A stretch of DNA of 64,000 bases from Spirochaetia bacterium (GTDB lineage Bacteria; Spirochaetota; Spirochaetia; CAKZLE01): positions 2,528,001 to 2,592,000 of the forward strand of contig OY782041.1 in NCBI GenBank assembly GCA_963677595.1, read 5' to 3'. Under the pieces are notes generated by a model. It had not been told where the DNA came from and searched no databases. It worked only from the letters and a program-made list of their open reading frames with translations. Position 1 is the stretch's first letter. The number at the start of each line of letters is the position of its first letter. Positions 9,538 to 18,914 of this stretch are shown here, one piece after another. A program made the translations under genes and the position numbers.

Positions 9538-10263
9538 ATGAATGATATCCATAAAGGCGAATATAACAGCAGTCTCCTATCTCCCATAAACAGACCGAAG
9601 GTCACAGACCTGGTCGTGGAGAAGATCCTGGAACTGATTGAGAATAATACCCTGCTTCCCGGAGATAAACTCCCCTCACAGCGTGAACTTGAACGCCTGC
9701 TGAATGTCAGCCGTTCCACGCTGCGTGAGGCTCTGTCCGGTTTGATCATGACCGGGTATATAGAATCAAGGGTAGGTTCCGGGTTCTATGTGAAGGAACG
9801 GGAACCGGAGTACGGAGTAGATGGGGTCTCGGGAGAGGATCGTGATGAACTCGTACATTCGCTCTATGAAGCCAGGATCTATATCGAACCGATCCTTACC
9901 GGCCTGGCGGCAAAACGTGCAACAGATGAAGAGATAGCAAGTCTCTATAAGATCGTCGCTGATATCGAAGAGGCTCTTCCTTCCGAGGAGGCGATGCTCA
10001 TCGGGCTGCAGCTTCACCAGAGGATCGGCGAAGTGGCGGGGAATCCCTTCCTGGCTGATGTCGAGAAGAAGCTACTCAATGAGTTCAGCCGATTCATCCT
10101 CCATGTGTTCGATGACCCGGTCCTTTCAGACAAGGAACTCAACCTCCATATGGAGATCGTGAAAGCTATCGAGTCACATGATGTGCAGAAGGCAAGGCAG
10201 ATCGCTTTCGACCATATAAATAGTTTCGCTGAGGATCACGGCATAGAACTGGCTGGTTTCTAA
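9538..10263 (+). CDS. FadR/GntR family transcriptional regulator
   Basis: PGDKLPSQREL...VSRSTLREAL wHTH plus FCD-like C-terminus. Confidence 0.92.
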   Translation: MNDIHKGEYNSSLLSPINRPKVTDLVVEKILELIENNTLLPGDKLPSQRELERLLNVSRSTLREALSGLIMTGYIESRVGSGFYVKEREPEYGVDGVSGEDRDELVHSLYEARIYIEPILTGLAAKRATDEEIASLYKIVADIEEALPSEEAMLIGLQLHQRIGEVAGNPFLADVEKKLLNEFSRFILHVFDDPVLSDKELNLHMEIVKAIESHDVQKARQIAFDHINSFAEDHGIELAGF

Positions 10264-10531
10264 GACCCTGTGAATTGACATTCCCACAAACAGAAAACTC
10301 GTAGAACCATGCTCAAGGGCTGATCACGTCCTATAACCGCTCGATGAACTCCATGTAGGGTTCATGGATGATGGATTCAGGGATGCTGATGCCTGCCGGT
10401 ACCCCAGCGTCCCGGGTGATCAGCCTCCTGGCCTGCGGGGTAACGGATGAGCCCCTGACAGTCCGCCTATCTCACGCTGGAGTTTCCTTCGAGCAGGACT
10501 TCATATCCTCGCCTGATTGTCTGCTTTATCC

Positions 10532-10618
10532 TATCCTTATCCAGAAGGATAATATGCCACCAAATTATCCTTACAGATAAGGATAATACACTTCAACATA
10601 TACCTGTACATAAGGATA
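10532..10618. repeat. Three palindromic boxes TATCCTT-N6-AAGGATA at 33-34 bp spacing
   Basis: Copies start at 10532, 10566 (arms extend to 10 bp) and 10599 (imperfect, TATACCT). Confidence 0.7.
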
Positions 10619-10624
10619 TAGAAC

Positions 10625-10654
10625 GGGCTTCCCGGGACTATAGCCGGGAAGCCC
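10625..10654 (-). terminator. Stem-loop downstream of the hydantoinase gene
   Basis: GGGCTTCCCGG-N8-CCGGGAAGCCC, perfect 11-bp stem. Confidence 0.65.
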
Positions 10655-10678
10655 ATACTGCAGCTATCAGGGATGCGG

Positions 10679-12238
10679 TTACTGCTTCAGGTCGCCGACC
10701 GCCTTCACCCTGATCCTGGTCGCGTTGCCGGGCAGGTAGGCAAGGGGAATATCCTCTACCTCCACGATCCTGATGGTATCAGGGGCTGCGCCGGCCTTGG
10801 CGGCCTCTTCGGTAGCGATCCTCTTAGCATCAGCGACCGCATCATCACGGGACATGGTATCAAGGGAGTAGACCCGTTCGATCTGGCCGCTGACCTGGGC
10901 GATAGCCGCACCGAGGGCGTTCGCGACCCCGAAGTTCTCCGGGCGGATGATCTGTTCGGTCCCGGAGATCTCATCACTGATCAGCAGGGAGCCTCCCCCT
11001 ACCAGTACGAGGGGTACCGGGTCCTTCGTGAGCTTCATCGAGTCGATCCCGTTCTGCACCAGCTGCATCATAGCCTCATGCGCTGCCTTCGCGGTATCGA
11101 GCGGTATACCCTCCACCCTGGACGGGTCCCCGAGTTCCGCCATGCCGAGGCGTACCGCGATGTCGGTAGCTGTCATGGTGGACCCGCCGAAGACCATGGC
11201 CTCTTCGGTGATCCGATAGCCGACGCTGTCAGGGCCGACGGTGATGCCATCTTCTGTCTCCCTGATGATCGTCCCGCCCCCGAGCCCGAGGGAGTTGAGG
11301 TCCGGCATCCTGAAATTCGTCCGTGCCCCGCCGATCTCGACAGCCAGGGAGGACTCCCGCGGGAAGCCCTGCCTGATGACGCCGACATCGCTGGTGGTCC
11401 CCCCGACATCAAGCACCATGGCATCCTCATAGCCGCTGAGGAACGATGCCCCGCGGATACTGTTCGTAGGCCCGCAGGCAATGGTAAGGATCGGGTATTC
11501 GATCGAATAGTCGATACTCATCAGCGTCCCGTCATTCTGGCAGAGGTAGACCTTCGCGGCAGTCACTCCCTCATCCTGCAGGGCCTTCCTGAACCCGAGT
11601 GCGGTAGACCTCGCGACCTTGTTGAGTGCGGCATTGAGGATGGCGGCATTCTCTCGTTCCAGCAGGCCGATGGAGGCGATCTCATGCGACTTGGTCACCG
11701 GGATATCCTCCCCGAGGATCTCCCGTGCCATCTCGGCGGCACGGTCCTCGTGGTCGTAGGATACCGGAGAGAAGATCGAGGTGATCGACAGCGCTTCCAC
11801 CGATCCCTTCATGGACTCCAGCGAGCTCCTTAGTTCCTGCTCATCAAGCGGGAAGATCTCCTTCCCGTTGAACTCGTGCCCGCCGGTTACGTGGTAGACC
11901 TGGCTGCTGACCGCAGCTATGAGGTCTTTAGGCCAGTCTATCATCGGTTCTATAGCCATACCGGCCGGTTTCCCGATCCTGATGACCCCGGTCTTGAGCA
12001 GCCGGCTCCTGGTGACGATCGCGTTGGTGGAATGGGTGGTGCCGAGCATGGCATAGGCAATATTCCCCCGGTCTATATCGATTTGGCCCAGGACCGAATG
12101 AAGGGCATCAAGGATCCCGTCGAACACATCCGTAGTGGTCGGCCGCTTGACCGAGGCTATGATATTCCGGTTATCGTCAACGATCACCGCGTCGGTGTTC
12201 GTCCCGCCGACATCTATACCGATTCTGTATTCCATCAT
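10679..12238 (-). CDS. Hydantoinase/oxoprolinase family protein (HyuA-like, ASKHA ATPase)
   Basis: IGIDVGGTNTD, GTTH.TNA, GP.NS.RGA, DVGGTTSD and GPDSVG motifs; start overlaps the upstream stop (ATGA). Confidence 0.92.
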   Translation of the reverse strand: MMEYRIGIDVGGTNTDAVIVDDNRNIIASVKRPTTTDVFDGILDALHSVLGQIDIDRGNIAYAMLGTTHSTNAIVTRSRLLKTGVIRIGKPAGMAIEPMIDWPKDLIAAVSSQVYHVTGGHEFNGKEIFPLDEQELRSSLESMKGSVEALSITSIFSPVSYDHEDRAAEMAREILGEDIPVTKSHEIASIGLLERENAAILNAALNKVARSTALGFRKALQDEGVTAAKVYLCQNDGTLMSIDYSIEYPILTIACGPTNSIRGASFLSGYEDAMVLDVGGTTSDVGVIRQGFPRESSLAVEIGGARTNFRMPDLNSLGLGGGTIIRETEDGITVGPDSVGYRITEEAMVFGGSTMTATDIAVRLGMAELGDPSRVEGIPLDTAKAAHEAMMQLVQNGIDSMKLTKDPVPLVLVGGGSLLISDEISGTEQIIRPENFGVANALGAAIAQVSGQIERVYSLDTMSRDDAVADAKRIATEEAAKAGAAPDTIRIVEVEDIPLAYLPGNATRIRVKAVGDLKQ

Positions 12239-13329
12239 TGGGCCTCCTGCTTCGCGGCGAGCTGCTCTATCGGTGTGTAATCGAGGTCGTACCCGAAGTA
12301 TCGCGGGCCGACCGTCTCGATCCCCTTCGGGGTCCTCCATTTCTGGTCACAGGGGATCCCGATGACCGCGACTCTCCTGCCGAACTTGAGGGTCTCGGTC
12401 GTCACGGGGATAGCCGTATCCACATCCAGGATGCAGATGAGGTCAGGTACTGATGCGACGACCTTTCCGTCCCGATGGGCGACCAGGTTCTCGTTCTGGA
12501 AGCTGACCTCCATCGACCCTCCGGTATACTCATCGATCCCGCTGAGTCTGCAGAGTCCCCGGTTGAAGCCCCCCTTGATGTCCCTGCTGACATCGGTGAT
12601 CTTTCCCTTGAATAGTTCATACCCCCGGGTGATCTCCAGCAGCTCCCCGATGGGGTTCGCATTGTCCTTCCGTGCATCGGCGATGACCCGGCCGATCTGC
12701 TCGGAGAAACTCATGATGCCTGCGATCCCTGAATCCTTGACCTGGGACCCCAGCATCGAGTAGATACTGATCATGACTGACGCTCCCATGGTGACCGTGC
12801 AGACCCGTGCGATCTCCTCAGCCCAGTTGTTGGAGATCGTCTGGAGGATCACGCTGTTCCCCTTCTCATCGACGATCACCATCGGGCTTGCCGGGATACC
12901 GTCAAGGTGGTAGGTAACCATCTGCAGCTCCGGGAAGGCCCGTCCCATCCCGTCCGCATCGACGAGGGGGATCCCGAGCTGTGCCGCAACGGCGATCGGT
13001 ATCATGGAATTGACCCCGCCGGCCTCGATGGGGATGGTCGCATAGACCTTCTTCCCGAGCACCTCCTCGAGTCCCTTGAACGCGGTGATGAACTCCTCCC
13101 CGTTGGGGATCTTCTCGATGATGACGATCGGTGCGCCCATCATGGCTGACGGGACGACCAGTGCATCATCAGGGAGTTCCTCAGGTGAGAGGAGTTGGAC
13201 CGGGCCGTACTTCCTGATGGCATTCAGGGCCATCAGCCGCCCGATATGGGGGTCTCCCCCGCCTCCTGTGCCAAGTAAAGACGCTCCAAGCGCTATATGC
13301 TCTATAGCCTGTTCGTCTAACAATCTCAT
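12235..13329 (-). CDS. DUF917 (S-methyl-thiohydantoin desulfurase-like) protein
   Basis: LGTGGGGDP, EAGG.NS, DADGMGRAFPELQM, FQNENL, VPDLI and GPRYFG motifs. Confidence 0.92.
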   Translation of the reverse strand: MRLLDEQAIEHIALGASLLGTGGGGDPHIGRLMALNAIRKYGPVQLLSPEELPDDALVVPSAMMGAPIVIIEKIPNGEEFITAFKGLEEVLGKKVYATIPIEAGGVNSMIPIAVAAQLGIPLVDADGMGRAFPELQMVTYHLDGIPASPMVIVDEKGNSVILQTISNNWAEEIARVCTVTMGASVMISIYSMLGSQVKDSGIAGIMSFSEQIGRVIADARKDNANPIGELLEITRGYELFKGKITDVSRDIKGGFNRGLCRLSGIDEYTGGSMEVSFQNENLVAHRDGKVVASVPDLICILDVDTAIPVTTETLKFGRRVAVIGIPCDQKWRTPKGIETVGPRYFGYDLDYTPIEQLAAKQEAQ

Positions 13330-13353
13330 ATATGTTGCCTCCAAAAACACACG

Positions 13354-13386
13354 TGCAGGACTGCCTGCAGATGAGTCAGTCCTGCA
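13354..13386 (-). terminator. Intercistronic stem-loop between the permease and DUF917 genes
   Basis: TGCAGGACTG...CAGTCCTGCA, 10-bp inverted repeat. Confidence 0.5.
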
Positions 13387-13404
13387 TTCGTATGGAATGA
13401 TCTC

Positions 13405-14694
13405 TTATGCTTCTGCTTCTGCAGCGGGAGCTGCCTTCGTGACCAGGACCTTGCTGAGGACGAGGTAGAGCACTCCCGCGATGACGATAGCGTTGACAGC
13501 CTGTGATCCCCAGCTGACGAAGAGCCCGACGAGGGAGCCTGCAAGCCAGGAGATGATCCCTGCCCAGTTGACGCCGGGAACCGGCTTCCAGTTCTCTGCC
13601 CGGCCCCGGTTCATGATCCAGTAGTCGGCGATCATGACTCCCGCGATCGGCGTGATCCCTGCAGTCAGAACCGTAAGGAAGGAGATGAAGTAGTTGATGA
13701 TGCCCGAGATGGCGAGGATGGTCCCGATGCCGCCGGCAACTGCGGTAGCCAACGCCCGCTTGTTACCCTTGAGGTTCAGCATGTTCGTGATCGCCAGCCC
13801 GCCGGAGTATGCGTTGACCGCATTGGTCGTCCAGGTCGCCAGGATGAGGATGATGAACCCGAGTACCGGGAAGCCCAGTGTGCTCACGACCTGCGTGATA
13901 TCATAGGTGCCCGCTACTACGGACATGAGTGCCCCTGCGACGAGGAGGGCTGTCCCGATGGGAAGTACCCCGACGACAGACGAGAGGATGGATCCGGACC
14001 GGTCCTTCGCATACCGGGAGTAGTCGCCGGCAATGACGCCGCCTACAGCGAACCCGCCAACCGAGATGGCGACTCCCTGGAAGAATGACATCCCGCCGGT
14101 CGATGAATGGGCAGCGAGCCCTTCCATGCCGTAATTCTTGAGTGCCATGGTCGTGCCGTAAACGGCGAGCAGGATGAGGGCGGGTACGGCGATGTAATTG
14201 AGGTAGGAGAGTGCCTTATACCCGAGTATGGCGGTTGTCAGCATGATGATCCCCCAGATCAGGGAAGAGAGCCATACGGGGAATGCGACACCAAGCTGGC
14301 CCATGAACCCTGAGAAGGAGGCTCCTGTCACGGCTGTCTGCACCCCGAACCAGCCCATGACTGAGACCCCGAGGACGAGTGAGATGATGAAGCCTGATCC
14401 TTTGATACCGAATGCGGAGGATGCGTTGATCACCGTCGGTCTGCCCAGGTCAGATCCCTGCATGCCCTGGAAGGTCATGAAGATCACGACGATGAGGTAT
14501 CCCACGATACCTGCAGCGATTCCCTGCCCGAGCGGCATTCCCGAAACGATCGCCCCTCCTACCATCAGTGAGGGGACCGATATGACGGCCCCGGCCCAGA
14601 TCAGCGCAATACTCAGCCATGATCGTCTCTGATTGGCTGGGACCTGTTCAAGGGCGACCTGCTCAACGAACCCTGATTTCTTTTCTTCTACCAT
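13405..14694 (-). CDS. Cytosine/purine permease (NCS1, CodB-like)
   Basis: About 12 TM segments; VP..QR.SW, FG..GS, GWFGVQ, DYSRYA and WTTN..NAYS motifs. Confidence 0.9.
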   Translation of the reverse strand: MVEEKKSGFVEQVALEQVPANQRRSWLSIALIWAGAVISVPSLMVGGAIVSGMPLGQGIAAGIVGYLIVVIFMTFQGMQGSDLGRPTVINASSAFGIKGSGFIISLVLGVSVMGWFGVQTAVTGASFSGFMGQLGVAFPVWLSSLIWGIIMLTTAILGYKALSYLNYIAVPALILLAVYGTTMALKNYGMEGLAAHSSTGGMSFFQGVAISVGGFAVGGVIAGDYSRYAKDRSGSILSSVVGVLPIGTALLVAGALMSVVAGTYDITQVVSTLGFPVLGFIILILATWTTNAVNAYSGGLAITNMLNLKGNKRALATAVAGGIGTILAISGIINYFISFLTVLTAGITPIAGVMIADYWIMNRGRAENWKPVPGVNWAGIISWLAGSLVGLFVSWGSQAVNAIVIAGVLYLVLSKVLVTKAAPAAEAEA

Positions 14695-14726
14695 GTGTAG
14701 CTCCTTATGTGTATTGCTCCTCTCTA

Positions 14727-14743
14727 TGCAATCGGGATGCCAA
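14727..14743 (-). promoter_or_regulatory. Sigma54 -24/-12 promoter of the permease-DUF917-hydantoinase operon
   Basis: Minus strand reads TTGGCATCCCGATTGCA (TGGCA-N6-TTGCA), 32 bp upstream of the ATG; a bEBP gene is adjacent. Confidence 0.88.
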
Positions 14744-14845
14744 CTGTGTTCGTCTCATGCATGCACGGCAAAAAGTGAGAAACCACACTGGAAAGAGCAG
14801 GTTTAATGCGTGTGGTGAAAATATTTGAGAAAATATTGAGAAATA

Positions 14846-16423
14846 GTGAGAATCACGATAGAATACCCTATGGATTATACCATAGCAGCCCTCGAGGATT
14901 ATTTCAGCTGTTCTATCTCACTGCTTACCACACCGCTCGCCTCTGCCGAGACGCAGGACCTCATTCCCCGCTACGACGGGAAGGAGACGACCATCTCCAT
15001 AGATTCGAGGCGCCTCCCGGCTGAGATCCTCCTGAGGTGGAGATTCCCCGGGGAACGGCACTTCTCGCCGAACGAGCTCGCCCATATCCTGCTCTGCTCA
15101 CGGATGATCGGCCAGAAACATGCCGAGCAGGGACAGCTGTACCGTACTGACCTGTTTCGCCAGTTCTCGATGGTTCTCGGGGGACGTTCAGGGGAGTCCA
15201 TCGTGCTCATGGATGAGAAGCACCAGGTGATCTACCAGAACAGCGCTGCCAGGGACCGCAGGATCGTCAGCCGGTTCGAGGACTACCTGCAGCAGACGGA
15301 GGACAGGCTCGTTGATACCCGGATCGAGCACACCATCCTCCTCGGGGGTACCGCCCCGCTGCAGCTGCAGGTGAGGAACCTCTATCAGGGGAAAGTCTAC
15401 CTCGGAAGGATGATCACCGCAGTCCTGCAGGTCCGGGTCCCTGAATCCCAGAAGGCACCCCGGAAGGGGGCTGACGGCTTCCTCCACATCCTCGGGAAGG
15501 GTGGACAGCTTCCCAAGACTATGAGGATCGCCAGGAAGGCAGCCCTCACTGACTCGACCATCCTGCTCAGGGGGGAGAGCGGGACGGGTAAGGAACAGTT
15601 CGCCAGGGCTATCCATGGGCTCTCCCAGCGGAGGGACCGGCCCTTCGTCGCGATCAACTGTGCCGCGATCCCGGAGAACCTGCTCGAGAGTGAGCTCTTC
15701 GGCTATGAGGAGGGATCCTTCACCGGTGCCGTGAAAGGGGGGAAGATCGGGAAGATCGAGGCTGCGGAGACAGGGACGATCTTCCTCGATGAGATCGGGG
15801 ACATGCCACCGCATCTCCAGGCAAAACTCCTGAGGGTACTGCAGGAGCGTGAGTTCGAACGGGTGGGGGGGACCGACCCGATCAGGGTCGATGTCAGGTT
15901 CATCAGCGCAACCCACAGGGATCTCTCAGAACTCATGGAGCAGGGGACCTTCCGCCCGGACCTCTACTACCGGCTGAACGTCATACCGATCAATATACCG
16001 GCATTGCGGGAGCATCCGCAGGATATCGGGATCATGCTCAGCCATTACCTGAAGAAGTATGCCCTGCAGTCGAACCGCGGGTTCTGCTTCTTCTCCTATG
16101 AGGCCCTGGAACTGCTCAACTCCTATGCCTGGCCGGGAAACATCAGGGAGCTTGAGAACGTGGTCCAGTACTGCATGACCATGACCTCCTCAGATGAGAT
16201 CGGGGTGGAGGACCTGCCGCCCGGCATCATCGTGAGGAAGCAGAGCATCCGGGATGAGGACCTGCTGTCTTCGACCGCGGGGAAGCGGAAAGCTGCACGA
16301 TACGAGATCCTGAAGCTCATCGATTATTTCGGTGACTCCACCGAGGGGAAGCAGCGTGCCGCGAACCACCTAGGGATCAGCACTGCCACACTCTACCGAA
16401 GACTGCAGGGAGGCGGATCATGA
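14846..16423 (+). CDS. Sigma54-dependent transcriptional activator (PAS-like + AAA+ + Fis HTH)
   Basis: GESGTGKE, GSFTGA, FLDEIG, FRPDLYYRLNV, WPGNIREL and LGISTATLYRRL motifs. Confidence 0.95.
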   Translation: MRITIEYPMDYTIAALEDYFSCSISLLTTPLASAETQDLIPRYDGKETTISIDSRRLPAEILLRWRFPGERHFSPNELAHILLCSRMIGQKHAEQGQLYRTDLFRQFSMVLGGRSGESIVLMDEKHQVIYQNSAARDRRIVSRFEDYLQQTEDRLVDTRIEHTILLGGTAPLQLQVRNLYQGKVYLGRMITAVLQVRVPESQKAPRKGADGFLHILGKGGQLPKTMRIARKAALTDSTILLRGESGTGKEQFARAIHGLSQRRDRPFVAINCAAIPENLLESELFGYEEGSFTGAVKGGKIGKIEAAETGTIFLDEIGDMPPHLQAKLLRVLQEREFERVGGTDPIRVDVRFISATHRDLSELMEQGTFRPDLYYRLNVIPINIPALREHPQDIGIMLSHYLKKYALQSNRGFCFFSYEALELLNSYAWPGNIRELENVVQYCMTMTSSDEIGVEDLPPGIIVRKQSIRDEDLLSSTAGKRKAARYEILKLIDYFGDSTEGKQRAANHLGISTATLYRRLQGGGS

Positions 16424-17523
16424 TACTGTTCACGAAGGAGATGATAAAACCGCTCTACTACGGATCGCTCATGACTGCCTGCGGGGGCGGCGAGTACTCT
16501 GATCACCTCCCGATCATCGTGGAGAAGATGGTCGAGCGCAACGGCCCGGTCCGGTGCATCGGATTGGATGAACTCGAGCCCTCGGCTACCTCCCTCACGA
16601 CAGGCATCATGGGAAGCATGCTGGAAGCAAGCCTCCAGACCGGTGATGAGGGGAGGCAGGTGGTTGAACGGTTCTGCAGCCAGCTGCAGATCGATATCCA
16701 GGCCCTCTTCACGATCGAGGCTTCCAGCCTCAACGTGCTCTACCCCCTCCTCGTCTCCTCCCTCATGGGGATCCCGATCATCGATGGGGACTGTATGGGG
16801 CGAGCCTTCCCCGAGTTCCAGATGACCACGGCCGAGGCAGCGGGTGAGAAGATCGCCCCGATGAGCATCCTGACACCGAAAGGTGCCTATTATTTCTTCG
16901 AGGATATGGAGAACCTGCTCTTCGAGGTCCAGGCACGTGAGATCGTGAGCCATGATACGGGGATCGCCTATTTTGCCGGCTTCCCCCTCGATACTGCCAG
17001 GATCCGGTCGATCATGATCCCCGGTACCCTCTCCTTCAACTATACGGTCGGGAGCTGCTTCATGGGGGTCTCCTCCTATGCCGAACTGTTCTCACGGCTG
17101 CAGGAGGTCACGAAGAACAGCATCTACGGTTGTGCTGTGGAACTCTTCACCGGGACCGTCTCGACGCTCGCTACAGCTTCCGACGGGGGGAGGAGCTGGC
17201 TGAATGTCAGGGTGAAGGGGTACGGGACCTACCAGAACAGTGAGTTCTCCGTCCTCTCCCAGAATGAGGCCCTCATCGCATTCCGGGACAATGCGGTAGC
17301 TGCCATGGTGCCCGACCTGATCACCCTGGTCGATCTGCGGACCTTGAAGCCGTTCTCGATCACGGCGATACACGAGGATATGCGAATAGCAGTGATCGGG
17401 ATACCTGCACCGGTCCGTCTGAAGACGAAGTCGATGCTGAACGTACTCGGCCCTGCCTGTTTCGGGTATAACAAGGAGTATGTTCCCCTTGAGACCATCT
17501 ACTCATCCTGGTACTTCTCATAG
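16420..17523 (+). CDS. Divergent DUF917 paralogue
   Basis: DGDCMGRAFPEFQM, QNE, VPDLI and GP..FGY retained; GTGGGGD changed to ACGGGEY; overlaps the activator stop (ATGA). Confidence 0.85.
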   Translation: MILFTKEMIKPLYYGSLMTACGGGEYSDHLPIIVEKMVERNGPVRCIGLDELEPSATSLTTGIMGSMLEASLQTGDEGRQVVERFCSQLQIDIQALFTIEASSLNVLYPLLVSSLMGIPIIDGDCMGRAFPEFQMTTAEAAGEKIAPMSILTPKGAYYFFEDMENLLFEVQAREIVSHDTGIAYFAGFPLDTARIRSIMIPGTLSFNYTVGSCFMGVSSYAELFSRLQEVTKNSIYGCAVELFTGTVSTLATASDGGRSWLNVRVKGYGTYQNSEFSVLSQNEALIAFRDNAVAAMVPDLITLVDLRTLKPFSITAIHEDMRIAVIGIPAPVRLKTKSMLNVLGPACFGYNKEYVPLETIYSSWYFS

Positions 17524-17531
17524 GCGGCGGT

Positions 17532-18833
17532 ATGGACAGACTTCTGGATTTGATCGTATATGCAGGGCATAATGGCTTTCACTTCGGCCTGTGCTGCCAG
17601 TTCGACTGGATCGCCAGGCGTAGCGTGGATGTAACCCCGGAGAGGAGCCTGTATGAGGAGGTCACCTCCTTCCTCCTGACCGCGGCGGACCTGTTCGACC
17701 GGATCGGCAAGATCGTGCTGGTCACCGATATCGCCGCCCGGTTTCCTGAAGTGCTCGCCGAAGATCCCAAACGTATCGGGTATATACGGATCGCGCCTGA
17801 CCAGTATACGCCGGAGTACATGATGAAGCTGGTCTCCGAAGCCGGTGGGGAGCTGCTGGTGGAGAATATCAGGCCGGGGGCGATCCTGAGCCAGGCAGAT
17901 GCCGCAGGGGCGGCTGGGAAGTTCCTTGCTGCCGGCATCTCCGATATCGTGATCCTGAGCACCTTCCAGATCGAACATACCCATGAACGGCAGATGATCA
18001 GGGACCTCCTCAGCCGAGCCGCACCGGATAGCTTCTCCTTCCATACCCTTGAGGCGCCGGAGTATGAATCATTCCTTCTCCTGGAGAACCGCCTTCTGGC
18101 CGGGGTCTGCCTGAAAGATTCCCTCAGCCGGGAAACCCGGCAGGTGGAGTCCGCCTGCCGGAACCTGGGGATCGACTCCCCGGTATTCCTGCTCTCAGGC
18201 GAAGGGTACTGCATGGACCTTGCCACAGCACTGCGGGATCCTCTGAGGTGCTGGCAGGCTGACCATGCGGCAGTGCTGATCGGGGCCTCCCGCCTCTTCG
18301 GGCTGCCTGATGCCGTGGCGGCCTCATCTCGGGAGGACCATATCGTGATCGACCGCATCAAGGATCACCATCCCGTCGCGATGGGGAGGACCAAACAGTT
18401 CTTCGGGCTCCAGGTCTCAGGACCGCTCACCGGGGCCGTCGAGTTCGGCAGGACCCGGTACAGGCAGCGGGTCATCGATGCTATTGGGGCAGTGAACACC
18501 GAGCCAGGCCCCCTCCCGATCATCGATATCACCGGGGGGATCCTCGATGACCTCGAACTTGAAGCGCAGCGATTCGCCCTTGACTCCCGTACCTCTGCCC
18601 TGATCACCGGGGCGCAGTGTGCCCCCTTCCGTATGGATTTCTATGGGACTGCCCCAGCATCAGGGACAGATGAACTGCTCAGGTCATCGCTTAGGGAGGA
18701 GGCTGCCCGGTGGCTCGAATCATCAGGCATCAGGCTCAGGACGGTCACGGAAGAGTATATGAACCTCAAGACCCGGTATAGGAAGGAGGGCCAGCTGAGG
18801 ATGCGGCTCCGGGTCACCGGCGGCTTAAGGTAA
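17532..18833 (+). CDS. Degenerate hydantoinase/oxoprolinase-like protein lacking both DVGGT ATP motifs
   Basis: Collinear similarity to 10679-12238 (RIGYIRIA, LENRLL, VFLLSGEG..M, GASRL.G..DA, RLRVTGGL). Confidence 0.7.
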   Translation: MDRLLDLIVYAGHNGFHFGLCCQFDWIARRSVDVTPERSLYEEVTSFLLTAADLFDRIGKIVLVTDIAARFPEVLAEDPKRIGYIRIAPDQYTPEYMMKLVSEAGGELLVENIRPGAILSQADAAGAAGKFLAAGISDIVILSTFQIEHTHERQMIRDLLSRAAPDSFSFHTLEAPEYESFLLLENRLLAGVCLKDSLSRETRQVESACRNLGIDSPVFLLSGEGYCMDLATALRDPLRCWQADHAAVLIGASRLFGLPDAVAASSREDHIVIDRIKDHHPVAMGRTKQFFGLQVSGPLTGAVEFGRTRYRQRVIDAIGAVNTEPGPLPIIDITGGILDDLELEAQRFALDSRTSALITGAQCAPFRMDFYGTAPASGTDELLRSSLREEAARWLESSGIRLRTVTEEYMNLKTRYRKEGQLRMRLRVTGGLR

Positions 18834-18914
18834 TCGCCTCACGAATTCTTTCACCGCCGGTACTGTTTTTTCCAGGATGATGGGGTAGAATAATCTTAGG
18901 CAAGGAGGCTGTGC

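Noticed and set aside
10368-10580. 70-aa plus-strand ORF
   Set aside because: No recognisable motif, and it runs through the AT-rich palindromes; the opposite strand looks more coding-like
10532-10618. Mini-CRISPR interpretation of the palindromic repeats
   Set aside because: The period is only 33-34 bp with ~13-bp gaps, too short for spacers; no cas genes are present
10673-11833. Long antisense or alternate-frame ORFs (also 6049-7011, 23134-24144, 25214-26449, 50003-51175, 62117-62926 and others)
   Set aside because: Shadows of real genes caused by GC-rich codon bias; no motifs or RBS, and each is overlapped by a well-supported CDS
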